A stretch of DNA of 64,000 nt from Octopus bimaculoides. Taxonomy: Eukaryota. Position numbers and translations under genes: made by a program. This document shows positions 38,551-53,600 of this stretch, in pieces. The stretch lies in the NCBI RefSeq assembly GCF_001194135.2, contig NC_068984.1:27677724-27741723 (forward strand), in the 5' to 3' direction. How positions within the stretch are numbered: the first letter of the stretch is position 1; each line of letters begins with the position of its first letter. The notes under the pieces are model-generated. The model saw only the letters and a program-made list of their open reading frames with translations, had not been told where the DNA came from and did not search any database.

Positions 38551-38793
38551 CTGTTNNNNNNNNNNNNNNNNNNNNNNNNNNNNNNNNNNNNNNNNNNNNN
38601 NNNNNNNNNNNNNNNNNNNNNNNNNNNNNNNNNNNNNNNNNNNNNNNNNNNNNNNNNNNNNNNNNNNNNNNNNNNNNNNNNNNNNNNNNNNNNNNNNNNN
38701 NNNNNNNNNNNNNNNNNNNNNNNNNNNNNNNNNNNNNNNNNNNNNNNNNNNNNNNNNNNNNNNNNNNNNNNNNNNNNNNNNNNNNNNNNNNNN

Positions 38794-38829
<36 letters not shown>

Positions 38830-40360
38830 ACAGATATATATATATACATATATACACACATATGTGTATGTGTGTGCTTGTTATATATGTGCATTATAAA
38901 GAGAGAGAGAGAGAAAGACAGAGAGGAGGAATGAGAGGAGAAGCTTGAATTGTTTTTACGTATATTTAAATTTTTCTCTTTTACTCTTTATTTCCATGAT
39001 TGCACGCCTTACTCTCTCTTTCTCTCCCTTCTCTTCCCTTGCTGCATATTTGCTTGTTTATCTAACTCATATTTATGTCTCTTTCCATCTATCTATTTAA
39101 ATATGCTAGCAAGATTTTCTCTGAATTTGCTACGTCTTCAGGCAACAGTTTTCAAAGATTATATACAGCCTTGAGCTAGAATTTCTATAGTATATTCATG
39201 CCTTCCAGCTGAAACTATTTGTTATTCTTCAGTCAATGTAGATTTAAATATTGCATTATTTCATATAGATTCACTAATACAACAGATTCAAAGAATATCT
39301 TAAATTTCTGCAACACACCTCTTAAACAAACAAAACATAATCATAAATTGTCCATCAGAAATATAATTGTTATGTTTTGGTGTATATTCTAAAAAATAGA
39401 CATGTTTTGTTTCAAATAACTTTTTCCAAAGAAAATGTGAACGATGCAAAAAATTATAATGATGCAAAAGTGTATGGAAGGGAGAAAATATTGATAAGAA
39501 TAAAGTGATAATAATGACAACAAGACCAATATTAATAACTATTAATGGTAAATGCAAAATGCTTAGCAGCATTTCATCTATCTTTACATTGTGATTTCAA
39601 ATTCTACTGAAACTGATTTTGTCTTTCAACCGTTTGGTTGATAAAATAAGTACCAGTTGAACACTTGGGAAGATGTAATTGACTTACCCTGTCCAAAAAA
39701 AAAAAAAAAAAAAAATTGCTGGCTTTGTGCCAAAATTTGAAATCATTCATCATCAATGATTAAAAAAATTCTTTAAGCTGTATAATAACATGAAAATGCT
39801 TTTAGAGGAATGTATTAAGGCTTCTCTTAAGAGAAAACACATCAAAATATATAGTATCCTGTTAGTTAAAAAAACATAGATAAGGAAAATAGTGTAGATG
39901 CATACTAACAAATAGTTATGAACGAATGAACATAATAAAATGCAACAAAATGCAACTGAAAGAAGAGAGCTGTAATAGTAATTATTAACATTAACCTAAA
40001 CAATAAATATAATATAATGTTACATTTATGCATTTGTTTTGAAAGATTCTTGATGTGAAATCATGTATTGAAACAGATTTTGTGATATTCCAGGATGGTA
40101 ATTTTTTTTGTTTTTTTTTGCCAGATAAACACATGCACTATATATTTCTTCTTCACTTCAGCTTTATTATTATTATTCTTATTTTAGTATCCTTTGTCTG
40201 AAATCTTTCATCACACACCCTGTGACCCTTTCAGTGACTCTCCACCCCACATGTCTCCTCCTGCTCTGTTTAGTTCATTCTGTCTTTCTAGAAAAAAAAT
40301 GCACTAAACAGAGAGACACTAAAATAAGAAAAATAATAATGCCAAAGCGAAGAACAAATA

Positions 40361-41565
40361 TTGGGTTTTTTTAAATTTTGGAATTTATTGCGTTAATTCT
40401 ATTTCTGAATCATTTTGGAATCTATTTTGATTTTTTCTAGTTAATTTTAGTTAATTTTTGTTTATTTTCAGATCATTAAAATGGAATATCAAGTTAAGAA
40501 AAGCAAGCATTTTCAAGGCTGCAAAAGCTGCTCACAACATTTCTGCTGTGTATGGAGAGGGTGCCATAGCTGAAAGAACCGCTCGTGATTGGTATGCCAA
40601 GTTCAAAAGTGGAAATTTTGACCTCAAAGACGCACCTCGTTCTGGCCTTCCAGTTGAGTTTGATGAAGGGCGATTAAACCAACTTTTGCATAAAAATTCT
40701 CGTCAAACGACAAGGGAACTGGCAAAGAAAATGAAATGCTCCCATACTGCTATTGAGAAACATCTTCACTCGATGGGAAAGGTTCAGAAGTATGGTGCAT
40801 GGGTTCCGCATGCTTTGAGTGACAACAACAAAAATCAACGAGCCACAATCTCTGCTGGTTTGCTTGCTCATCACTGCTCAATTCATGGACACAAGCAACG
40901 ATTTCTTTACCGAATCATTACTGGTGACGAAAAATAGTGCCTGTACATCAATATGAAGCAGTGTAAGGAATGGCTTAGCCCCGGTAAACAAGCATCGCTG
41001 CGCATGAAACAAGATCTTCATTTGCGTAAAACAATGTTGTGCATATGGTGGGACTGGGAAGGGATTATCCATTATGAATTGCTTGAATGGAACCAATCAG
41101 TCAATGCAGAACTCTATGTTCAACAGATGGAATGACTCAACACAGCTATTCAAGAGAAAAGACCTATGTAGCAGCATGGAGTTCTACTGCACGACAACAC
41201 CCACCCTCATATCGCCAATATGACCAAGGAAGCCATTCAAATGTATGGCTGAGAAGTGCTGCCACATCCACCATACTCTCCTGATTTGGCACCAACGGAT
41301 TTCTATGTCTTCGTATCTCTTTCAAATGCTATGTATGGAGTTTCATTCAATACTGATCCAGAATTGAGAGCTTGGTTGGATCAATTTTTCTAGTCGAAAT
41401 CAGGTGATTTCTACCAACGAGGTACTGAAAATCTTGTTGAACGTTGGGAAGAAGTTGTAAACAAGAAGGGTGAATATATTATTGATTAATTAGTTGTCAT
41501 TTTTTATTAAACCTTTTAAAGAATTTAAATTTAAAAAAACCATGAGAACTTAGTTGCCAACCCAA
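40361..41565 (+). mobile_element. mariner (DD34D) DNA transposon, near full length, left TIR partly deleted
   Basis: TA at 40359-40360 then ttgggtt; right end gagaacttagttgccaacccaa then TA at 41566-41567. Transposase motifs in the next feature. Confidence 0.95.
40481..41489 (+). pseudogene. mariner transposase pseudogene
   Basis: ATG 40481; HTH region WYAKFKSGNFDLKDAPRSG; WVPHAL; catalytic TGDEK, LHDN and HPPYSPDLAPTD with 34 residues between the 2nd and 3rd D. Several in-frame stops (e.g. TAG at 40935-40937) and an N-terminal deletion; TAA at 41487-41489. Confidence 0.95.
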
Positions 41566-44500
41566 TATATAGTACATATGTTTATTTGGCAAAAAAAAAA
41601 AAATAATAAAATGATTATCCTGAAATAAAACAATATAATATAATGGTTATCCTTAATTAAGTTCAGTTACAAATGGTCAAATCTTCTGATAATAGATGGT
41701 AGCATAGCTTTATGATTGCTTTGGTTTATGGTATGCTGTCAGCTAAATGCTTAGATGTGATACAGATTTCTGTTGTTTCAAATATACTATGTTTCTCCTT
41801 AGTTGACTACCAGACTGCATAATCTGACATGCAGTAGTTAATAGTATAGCATATAAAATTGCAATTTCAACCTGCAGTACTCTTGTCAAATTCTGTTTTC
41901 CTGAAGAATTTTGCTGTAGCTATAGTAGATGCCATCAAAGTGGGTTTGTTCAGACCACATCATTTACTGTTCTTCTGTATATCTCATTGGTGGTGTACAC
42001 TCCAGCATTAGAGATAAAGACAGTAGTTGGAAACTGTGTTTGAAGAATAATGGGTAGTTGTGAATGTGATTATGAATATTTGTTGAAGTAGATCACTTAA
42101 GTACAGGCATAAAAATAGTAGGTGAGAGGTTTCTACTATTGTGAAACTTCTCACCTACTTGTAGTTTCTATCAAGGAAATTACAAAGCATGTAAAGATGA
42201 ATTCTGTACATTTAATATTTTCGGGGAGCTGTGAGATTGATAATCAGTATTTTATGTTGTTTTGCAGGTGATTTTCAGTATTTTGTTTGCATTTTAAATC
42301 AGATTAGACATTGAATGAATGATTTCTCCTCATCACTATGGAAGTAATTTTACTAAATTAGAATTTATTGGCTTATTACACCAAGCATATTTGCACTCAT
42401 TTCACTTTATATGTAATAAACATCCCTAGATGTTTTACTTCAATCGTTATAATTACTTACAGCAACATGAAATGCTAGAAGCTATATCTCTGATGTCATT
42501 ATATCTTGAAGTTACATCATTGCTTCATTGATGACGTTTAATAACAATATGTAAAGTTGTTACTAACCTACTTAAAAATTAAACTCACTCTAACTGCGTT
42601 TCATGTTTAATTAGTTTCAACGAGTTTTCTCTCATTGTCTTTTCGTTTACCAAGAATAGTCATTCAGATTATGATTTTCCTTGCCATTATGGGTATAATC
42701 TTACCCAAACAACATTTTTTGGTTTACTTCATCAAATTTGGCAATAACCACTTCATTGTATGTAGATAGCAGAAGATGGAGTTGAAAGATTTACTGACGT
42801 CAAGGGTAGATTGAATATTGAATGTATGAGCTGTTTGCTTGTTAATAAAACCAGTACGTATCATCTTTGCAAGATTCGAGTGTCATAGTAACCAAATTGA
42901 CCTAAATCTGCTGCTGTTGTTATTTATTTGAAATAAGATCTGGTCAAGTATATGTATGACCAAAGATATTTCATCCCTGATCATATTGTTATATTTCTGG
43001 CCACTTAACTCACTGCACATAGGAAAAGAACATGGTGGTCATTTTTCTATGCTGTCCAGTATTTCCTACACTTAAAGACAGTAGTGTGTGATTTGAAATG
43101 ACTTTGATTGCTATTTTTTGCAGGTCAGTCAACCACATAGAATTTTCCGCATGAGCTCCTAGTCTAAATCTCTGTTGTGACTTGTAAAACGTAATATGTG
43201 AATTAGTGATATAAAGGGTTAGACTTTCTATTATTTTTGAGGGTGTACATAGGAATTGGAGGGGTCCATAGAATACATCATTACTTCTATATTTAGCAAG
43301 GCTTAAGTTTTGTGATGCTTTCGACCAATTTTCTCTATTTTGAGTATTTCAGAGTACTGTATATTAGTAATACATCTTATTAGTGTTTCAGTCCAAATCA
43401 AGCAGACTTATGTGCAAAGGCATTTCAGAGTGACTGTCTTGCCTTTTTATGTGACTGCATATGTGAGCTTCTTTAAGATAGTAAATGTGATTTAGCTGCT
43501 ATTTATGATAGATTGAGTGAATCCCTAAAGGCTCTTTTCTAGTGGCGTCAGCACCAGCATCAGTGACAGCAGCAGCAGCAGCAGCAGCAGCAACAGTAAT
43601 AGAAGTAGAAGCAATAGCAATAGTGATTGTTGTTGTTTAGCCTCAGGTCATCACTGATTGAGCAGAATAATAATCAAAGATATTCAGTCTGTCACCCATT
43701 TTTAAAAAATTTTTGTGCCTCTAGGACTACATCTTTCATCGTGTCTCTTCTGTTTTTAAGAGAAGTGTTGAGATGTGTTATAATTATGGATATTAGTAAG
43801 TGGAAAATTTTCTTCAGGGTTGAAATGTTTGAGATTTTGTCAAGCTCTGAGGCCATTGAACTTTGGTGTTGTGGCTGTCTTTTTGCTAAATAAACAGACA
43901 TAATTGTTTCATGAACTTTTGTACTGCACAGCAATAAAACATTTGCATAGAATTTACATTAATCAAGTAGGATAAGGCAAGTATAAATTGCTTTTTCATT
44001 TTATTTGAGAGCTTATATCATACTTATTTTTATGATAGCTTAGGAAAGCTATTATAGATATTTTCTAAGGAATACCATGTTGCTATCTCTTGTGAGCTGA
44101 GGATATGGAGACAATTACACTCATCCCCTCTTTTGGTCTTATGGTTTGTGGCAGTACCACAGTTGCTGTGGCTGTGGCTGTGGCTGCACAGAAGGTAGAA
44201 CTGAGGACCATAGAAGACATGGCCACTTCAACATTCTATCGATCAGAAGATGATAATGACACAGTAAAACTATGCATGATGATTGTCAGTCACATATACA
44301 GGATACCCAACAGCATCACACTTGTTTTCTGAAACAAAAGTAACTCATTAGTTAAGATTTTGATAGTATAAAAACCAAACAAAAATAGAATGAATTAAAA
44401 TTTATTTGGTACCTACCCTGGTCCCTATTTATGTGCTCACTGCCATAACTTTAGAATCTGGAATACCTTTGTGTAAAGGTTCTGTTTTATGCCACCTGTG

Positions 44501-47500
44501 TGAAGAGTTTAACACCAGTTTCATGCAGAGTGGTGAGTTTTAAATTTCGGTTACATGTATTATTGGACCATATATTTCTTTGAACATTTTTATGTGCTCA
44601 ATTTTCACCATTCATTTGTTATCTTACCTGCAGTAATCCCATCTGCTTCTCTTTCTCTGACATATTTAACACTACTTTACCCAGTATTTGAAGTATATTT
44701 AGATGATAGGTGAACTATGCAGTAGATTTGCTTGCTAATTTTAGTAGTTCTAAAGATCACATAAAGACTCTCTCATTGATTTGTCATATTCATTATATGT
44801 AAATGATAGTGAAAAAAGCCATGAGAAATTAAATTAATTTTGTCAAGATTTTATTTATAATACTAATAATTTGTTACCTGGGATATCCTACCAATATTAC
44901 CTTCGCTTTGTATCTATATTAGAAGACACAATTGAAAGTTTATAAGGAAAACCAAAACAATATTCTTCTGCTTTTCTGTTAGAACTTCCCTGCTTGTGTG
45001 TTGTTGACTTTGTTATTTAATTCCCAGTTCAGTCCTGATCAAATAAGCTTATGATGAAAGATTAACTGCTACGGATCGTCCTTTCTTTATGCATATTGGG
45101 ATTACATTATCCAATGCATTCTTACTTTTTGTTCAAGACTGTAGGGTGTGATTTGAGGTACATTTGTCTACTATTAGTAGAATGTCAAGTGACTACATAG
45201 AGGCTCATTCGATGACTCATTTGCCTAATTGTTGAAACTGAGAGTAAACACTTTATTCTATACTCCTTGTTTCTTTTCTAAAGATGAAACATATTCAGCA
45301 GAGGAATTTACAGAAGAATTGAAGTAATTTCCTGATAGGAACAAAAGTCAGCCAGGTTCCTAATTTATCTATTTGTTCACATTTACATTCACTTATCTAT
45401 GCTAGCAATAATAAGTTCGTATATTGTGGGGAAGAGGGAAAATTTCATAATTTGCAGTGTTCCTTTGCCTGAAAGAAGCCATAAATTTCAGGTCAACATT
45501 TTTATGTGTCTCGTTGGAAAAGTCAAATCAGTTTTCTTTCTACTCATCAGTTTTCTTTGTTAAACTCACATTTAATCTTCACTATCACTCACCATCATTA
45601 GTTTCCTGAAACTCTTATCTATCTTAATATAATAGTAATTAGAAAAGTTGATTTTCCAAATTTTTTCATGTGTATATTATTAAAGTCAAATAGAATTGGA
45701 TACTCCTTCTATTGTTAAACACAGTTTAACAATCGTACAGTTGAGCAATAAAAGAATGGTATAAGTTATCTGTCAGCCAAATATATTAAAGGAACTAGAG
45801 CCATATCTCCATCTCAATGGTGTAATATAGCTACTATTAGTACTATGTAACTCTCATTGTTGGGTAGTCAGCAACTAAATCGTTCTACTACATCTGTCTT
45901 TCTGACTGAGCAACATATTTGAAGTGAAAAAAATCTCAAAATGTTGAAGAGCTTCTCACTGAGAAACTAACAACCAAATGTGCCTAGAAAGAAACTAAGT
46001 GCTGTCAGGTTATCTGTTCATTGAAGTATATATTATTGTGGACCGATGGCTTTTTAACGCTGTAGATCTAAGACAAAATCATCAAAATTGAACTCATGAC
46101 ATTGCAAAGATTAATCTAACTATTCAGTATAGAAATTTTCCCTAATAGTAAATAACTTTATAATAATGAACTTTAATAATGAGCTGTTTATAAAATACAT
46201 TTCTTTTTATATTTTAATCTTTTCATCCATCATATTTACCACATTTGCTCAATGACACTGTTTTCTTTATACTTCCAAATATATATTTTTTTTTAACTGG
46301 AACAACTCCAAATTCATATGAATTGATAGATTTGTATTCATGTCTTAGAGACGTTTATGACTCTTAAGTCGATCGCAAAATATAAACAAAACTACATCAA
46401 ATCTAAACAATAATATATATAATTTTAAGAATATTCAAGATGGAGGGAAATATTTGTGTAATGCTTAAATGAAAAGATTCACTGAAAAGAAAAACAAATA
46501 TTCAAATAGAATAAATACATACGTATAGGTGTGTAAATACATATATGTGCATGTGTGTGTGTGTGTGTGTGTGTACAAGATAAACAAACGCCAGCTTAAA
46601 TTACTTTGATCAGGTACAAAGATGTGAAGTAAAATTCATGTGCAAATAATCAAGAACTTATTGAAACTTACTGATGGACAAGATATATAATGTAGAAAGT
46701 AGATATTGTTTATAATCTATTGTCTAAAACTTACACTAAATATTATTACATGAAAGTTTTATATTAAAATTAAGAAACTGTATAACTACAACTAAGTAAG
46801 TAAAATGCCTCACATCATTAGAACTAATTCTTAGTATATTTATAATTTAAGAATATTTAGTTTTGCTGAAGTTTATTCTAAATAACCATCTCTAGTCTTG
46901 GACAATGGGCAATTGAAAGCCTGAAAGCCCCTACGAATGCAAGTCCTGACAATTAATGATTATCTTTCTGAGACCTCCTATTTATGATACTGTAAAAGCA
47001 GTATCTCATAGACTAGTTTTCTTCTTCATGATAAGAAAATACTTTAGGTCTATGCAGTTACTTAATCTCTACAAATCTTAAGTGAGATCCACACCTAAAT
47101 GCTGCTCTCATATCTTAAATGGAGCAAATATTACACAGAAACATCTTAAATTGTATCAAAAAATAATACTAGACAATTAATTGGTAAATACTCAGTCACC
47201 AATAATCTCCAACCAGCGAATATTGTGTCTTCTACTCTGATATTACAATGGCCTGTATACTTTAGAGCCAAGTATTTGCATTCCAACCTAAGCCTACCCA
47301 ACAGGCCCACTGCTCCTCCTTTCATTGCTCATTCTGTGTTTTCCCTCATCCCAGGTCCTCTAATAACTACTCTCCAAACTCTTACTTCCTTGAATGTAAT
47401 TTCGTTCTGACTCATGTGTTTTACCATTGATGCTGGTGTGCAGTTGTTTAAGCTGAAGATTGACTGCATCAATTTCTATATAATCTTGTAGGGCTTGCCA

Positions 47501-50215
47501 CAGTCAAAGTTGTAGTGCTTTTCTCCCAGCTAAATCCTTAAATTGATTGATTTTATATTTAAAATCTAAGAAAAATATATGTACAAATGAACAATTGCAA
47601 ATCCCATCATTTTTTGATATTTTCATTAGTAAGTTGTGCATAATGAGTCAAATGTCTTCACCTTTATAATTGAACAACTTGACTGAATCTAACAACTTAT
47701 GACCAGTCTTTAGGATGTAACATACCAGTGGTAACTTAATCTATGAGAAAAAGTAACTAAATATATTTCATACAACAATTCTCTTTCAAAATGTTGGATA
47801 TATTGGGTAATGTAGATCGAGATACATTCTCTGAAAAGAAAAAAAACAACAATTATGGATAGAATGCTTTGGATCAATGGTTTCTTCATTTTGAAGTTGA
47901 ACCAAGGCAAAACAACAAATATAATGTAAGCTCTCATTCTACAATAAAATTTATCATTCCCATTTATTAAAATGCTTTTGTTGAAAATATTCAACTCTGA
48001 AGTAAAATTATTTTTGAACTAAAATCCCAAGTTTTTGGGAAAGCCACACAACAAAAATGCCTGCTACAAAACATTAAAATTATTACATTTCATAAATGCC
48101 ATGTTTAGCCACCAAACTTTACAAAATTGTTTAACGTTTATCAAGACAAATCAAGAATTCAGACAGAACTACAATTACAATTCTATCAATATTATTTTCC
48201 TCAAAATTACAAATTCTTGAAATAACAGCTTATTCAAAGTTCAAGACATCAAAATGTTTGAGGGATCCTCAATATTATAAAATTATTGCGATGTAATATT
48301 CAGGCAGTTGTATGCTATCAAAATTCACAATTCTAACAAACCAGGATTACATTAAATACATCTGTTTTAGTATGTCTATATTGGCTAAAAATGCAAGCAA
48401 GAAAATCTGAATAATTGACTTACACACTTCAATAGATTCAATGTCATTAATGCTTTATAAAAAAAATGCAGTATTAGACATTTGTGGCCTCAGTGAATAT
48501 TGAGAATTCTGTCAAATTTGTGATTATAAATGTTTTAATTTCTAAACTTTCTAGAGTCATCAAAATTGAAAATCTATGTTCGACATTATTTCAAATGCTT
48601 GACATACCAGAGTTAGCATTTTCGTCAAATCAGCGGACAAAATTACAAATTCTGAAAGCCCAGTTGTACAGAAATTATAAATTCTAACTTATTCCATGTT
48701 ATGAAAGATTCCAACAAGAATACACTGTTCTGACAAATCATGAAAACTGATGATTCTGATAAATCCTAATTGGTGTCAGTGTAAAGTTCTATTAGCTCAA
48801 GGTCATCAGATTTGAAATTTCAATAGTTTTTCACTTCTCAAAATTAAAAATTATTCGAATAAAAGATTATCAAAAGATCAGGTTTGATGTCATTAATATT
48901 AGAAAATATGACTTTCAGAACATCAAAATTACCAATTCTGACGCATCTGAGACTAATAATATTTGAAATGTTGCATTTTTCTATATCTGTTAGAACTGGA
49001 TCTTAATTGAAAATTGTCAACCCTCACACTTCTGGGATCATTAAATTTCTAAATTATGTCAAGTCTGGGTTTCCAAAAGCAGCCAATTTTCATAACTCTA
49101 TAGTCACTAGAATGACATATTCTAATAAAACTGTGGTCATTAAAATTACAGATGTTGACATGTGCAGGTATGACAGAGTGGCTGAGAAATTCTTTACATA
49201 ACCATAGGGTCTTGGATTCATTCCCAGTGTTATACCTTAGATAAGTTTCTTCTGTTTTAAACCCAGGTTGATCAAAGCCTTTTGAATAAATAAATCAAAG
49301 AGATAGAAACTGTGGGGAAGCCCATTAATTATATGTGTGTGGTGTGTGTGTATGTATGTGTATGCATATATGTATATGTGTGTGCATGTTTGTGTTTGTC
49401 TTCCCACTAATTGAGAACTGGTTTTGGTTTGATTACTAACATGCAAATTAGTGGTTTGGCAAAAGTGTACGATAGAATAATTGGCAAGCTTGAAATAAAT
49501 ACTGGGGTTAATTTGTTTGATTAACAATACAAGGTGGGGCTTCAGCATGACTGCAATCCAATGAATTTACAAGTAAAAGAGTGAAGTTGCAGGAAAATTA
49601 CAATTACTATTTTTGATATGATAAAGAAAAAAAAAATTGAAGTTTTAGCTGGTTCTGTGGTTATCAAATATACACAATGAACAGGAGTTGACTGTTGGAT
49701 GGGGTGGGGAGTGAGGTGGGGTATGGTCGGTTTAATTGCCTATTCCATATTGCCCACATCTGTGGTTTTGAGTCTATATTACAAATCAATACAACAATGC
49801 ACGGCAAGAATCTGTTTCAGTTACTGAATCTCAAATAAATTCAATCTCTAAATTTAACCTCAAAACGGAGTACATCCTTTTTATTTACTATGAAGATAAC
49901 TGATTAAAGCAAGAGAAAAATATAATTGCCAAATAAATATTTACATTATCTTTGGTTCAGCTTCCGAAACCATAACTAATGGCACAATGTATATAGTGTA
50001 TCAAGTACACATAATGTTAAACTGGCAGACTTATGGGTGGCAATCTTTTATTCGGTAAGTAATAATAAAATTTAAAATACATTTCTAGCTTATTAACTCA
50101 CTCTGTTAAGCAACCCCAACAAAATTGTAAAACTTTTAAAATTCTGCTGAATATCTTGGTCTCCACAAATAATTAGAAGTCAGAATATATACATATATAT
50201 ATATACATATATACT

Positions 50216-50431
50216 CTTTTACTCTGTTACTTGTTTCAGTCATTTGACTGTGGCCATGCTGGAGTACCTCCTGTAGTCAAGCAAATCGACCCCAGGACTT
50301 ATTCTTTGTAAGCCTAGTACTTATTCTATCAGTCTCTTTTGCTGAACCGCTAAGTTATGGGGACGTAAACACACCAGCATCGGTTGTTAAGCGATGTTGG
50401 GGGGGACAGACACAGACACACAAACATATAT

Positions 50432-50462
<31 letters not shown>

Positions 50463-50632
50463 CATATATAAATATATACGACGGGCTTCTTTCAGTTTCC
50501 GTCTACCAAATCCACTCACAAGGCTTTGGTCGGCCTGAGGCTATAGTAGAAGACATTTACCCTAGGTGCCACGCAGTGGGACTGAACCTGGAACCATGTG
50601 GTTGGTAAGCTAGCTACTTACCACACAGCCAC
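50216..50632 (-). mobile_element. SINE family B copy, near complete
   Basis: Reverse complement of the 34716 copy plus tail gactgaaacaagtaacagagtaaaagagta. Confidence 0.88.
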
Positions 50633-53600
50633 ATATATAAACAAGTTTCATTGAGTTGAATGCTTTGCATGAATAAAAAAAATGAAATTCTGGAAAGCAC
50701 AAATAGTGTAGAAAGACTCTCCTCATGGCAATCTTCAGTAAGTGATATCTAGTGTGAATGCTTCATTGGCCATAGCTTATGAAATTGTCTGAAACAGATA
50801 CACATTACCTTGACCAGAAACACCAGAGTCAAAGAAATATGTGAGAAGAGGCTATAAAGAAATATATAAGAAGAGGCAAAAATCTGGATAACTTGAAGTC
50901 ATCATCATCATCCAGAAGTTAATCAAAATTGCAGCGAAGTTCTATGTGTTGCACAGTGAAACTCTCAATTCATGCATGTCGATAAGAACATTGTCTAAAA
51001 ATTACAGTTGAATGTTGTTTTTCTTTTAGTCAACAGACATGGATATGTCAATATAGAACTATTCTAGAATCCAAGCATCCTTATCAAGTCAAACCAAAAT
51101 GTTAGAACAGCCATAGAACATAATACAATACTTATGTGAGTTATACTGTAAAATATCAGCATCAGTATATAGAGTTGGGTAAAAATGCCCAGAAGCTACG
51201 TAATCAGTATTCAATCATATTGTTGTTTTGGATCAACTTTTTTGTCAAACTTAAACAAAAAAGAAATGGTTATTTATAAGTAAAGCAAAATTATAGTACA
51301 ACAAAACGGAAATGAAAATATCCAGAAACACATTTTGGATGCTTTTTGTTGGAGAATTTATCCAGAACAAAGAATTGAACTCCTAGATATCTGTGTTGGC
51401 ATTGTCATGAAATAAATTACTATGAAAATCATGATGAGCACCAATTGAAGTATCATCATCGTTATCTTCATCATTACTGATGAGTGTGTCATTATCGTTA
51501 GCATTGTTGTTATCATCAATATAATAACAATCATCAATGAACTTGCACTTCGATCAACTAACAAGCCAACATGCTATACTCAACAAAGATTCTTAAAGCA
51601 GTCAAATTTGAGAAATCATTATGGTAGTTTACACAAAATTCCTTAATAAACATATGCATAAACCAATTTTGTAATCAATGTTAAAATTATTTCTAAAGAT
51701 AAAAAAGCAAATAATGAAAAACTAGTCTTGCAAAATACTGTCATATTCATTGTTTTCTTTTCATTTCTCTCCCTTTTTTAAAAAATTCAAAATCCCTCCA
51801 TGACCGAAAAATGAGAAATAGTTGCTTCCTTTTCTTTATTTTTTTTTAATTTCGTCAACATTTCATTTTGTTTATTTTATATTTAATTTCCTACCCTCTT
51901 ATTTACTCGCCGAACTGAATTAATTCCTCTTTGAAATCACTTTTGCCATTCTGTCACCAGATCTCGTCAGCGATTCTGTCAAATCTACCAAAATATCCCC
52001 TCACTAACTTTAGCTTTTGTTTATCGAAAATGGGCAATAAAATACCACTCAATCTCTAATTTTTAATTCTCTTGTCAAGACATAACAGTTTCCTTCATTT
52101 GTTTTTTTAAAATACTTTATATATTTTTCTCACAGTGACGTTAAAATAGGAGTTATATTTTGCCCTTATATTTTAAAAGGCAATTTATGTCATGTTGTAT
52201 ACACATTCTAAAATTTTTATTATATTTTCTGGATTTGTCTCTGTTGATTTTTCTTTAAAAACGTCTTTAAATTTCAATTTTTGTTTCTTAGTCACAGTTT
52301 TATTGTTCATTTCTTTTTTATGATGGTGATGATGATGATATAAAAAGAAAAAAGGTCTAAATTAAACAAAATAAATAAATGACATTTTTCTTTTTCTTTG
52401 CAATCAAAGTTGAATATGTTTGTTGGAATCTGGAAGGATTATTTTTAGCTAGTGTGATGATAGAATTTTGGTTATTATTAATTGCTGGTTCACATTCCAG
52501 TTCATTATCCAAAATGTTTTGAAGCAACATAGGAGCACTCTCATACACAAAACATGTTCTCCTCCCACCTCTCTCACTCACTCACACTTTTTCATGCATA
52601 CATATACACACACCCTCACACACACACCCTCACACATACACGTATACACACCCTCAAATGCTGAAATTAAAAAGAAAAAGTAAATTTAATGCCTGTTTTT
52701 AATTTCTGTATTTAGAGCTATTTTCAAATTTTGCCAATACAAATTGCTATTAAATTCTAAGAAATGCCTAAATCTTGGAAATGTGTTTATGTATATGACT
52801 GTATGTGTGTGCGAGTTAGTATATATGGATAGGTATACGGAGANNNNNNNNNNNNNNNNNNNNNNNNNNNNNNNNNNNNNNNNNNNNNNNNNTTGTTTTT
52901 AAAAGAATTTACAATAACACTTCTGATAATGTGAGTACTAACTGAATTTAAGTAATTAAAACTTCACCTATATCTCATCGACTAACTTAGATCAAGAAAG
53001 GCAGGGGAGGCAATCCCAGAATTTAAATTAAGTAAAATTATGTAAAAAAAGTAGAATGGGTGGGGGTGCGGGAGTGATTCTGTTTGTTTTTTTTTGATAT
53101 TTATCAAGTGTTGAAACTAAAATGAAGACATCTTAGAAAGGTCATTTTAGCATTTGAAAACACACAGTAGAAAAAACACATAACTACAGTTTTGTTACAT
53201 GTTTACAATCTGGTCTCTGACTTGGCTCCACTACAACTGTTGAAAATCAGTTACTAGTGAGTTTTTGTGATTCACAAGGGGTCCTGGCTTTAATGGTATT
53301 GCAGAAGGCCTTGCTGGAGACCCAACCTTCTGAGTTTTTTTTTACAGGGCTTAGAAAAACTGAAGGGCTGCTGCAATAAGTGTGTGAATCCGAGAGGGAA
53401 ATGTGTTAAATAAAATCATAATTAACTGATTTTCCTGTATTTTCTTTTACCCAAAGCCAGGAAGTTTTCTGCAATTAGAACTGTTACAGGAGCAATATTT
53501 TGGTACAGAAACCTATGTTATCTTTTTAGTGATAACCATTAGCTATTGTAGGATTTGCACTTAGAATATAAAGCAACGTAACTGAAACCTGTTCTTGCAT

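Larger units (their letters stand above)
40035..41635. mobile_element. Palindromic MITE-like element interrupted by the mariner; a further arm copy at about 2085-2230
   Basis: Removing 40361-41567 restores gaagaacaaatatatagt(a/g)c(a/g)t(a/g)tgtttatttggc, which matches 2092-2126 and is the inverse of 40115-40190. Confidence 0.7.

Noticed and set aside
44105-44332. 75-aa plus-strand ORF, or minus-strand terminal exon ENKCDAVGYPVYVTDNHHA*
   Set aside because: No recognisable homology; contains a (GCTGTG)n slippage tract; several readings are equally plausible.
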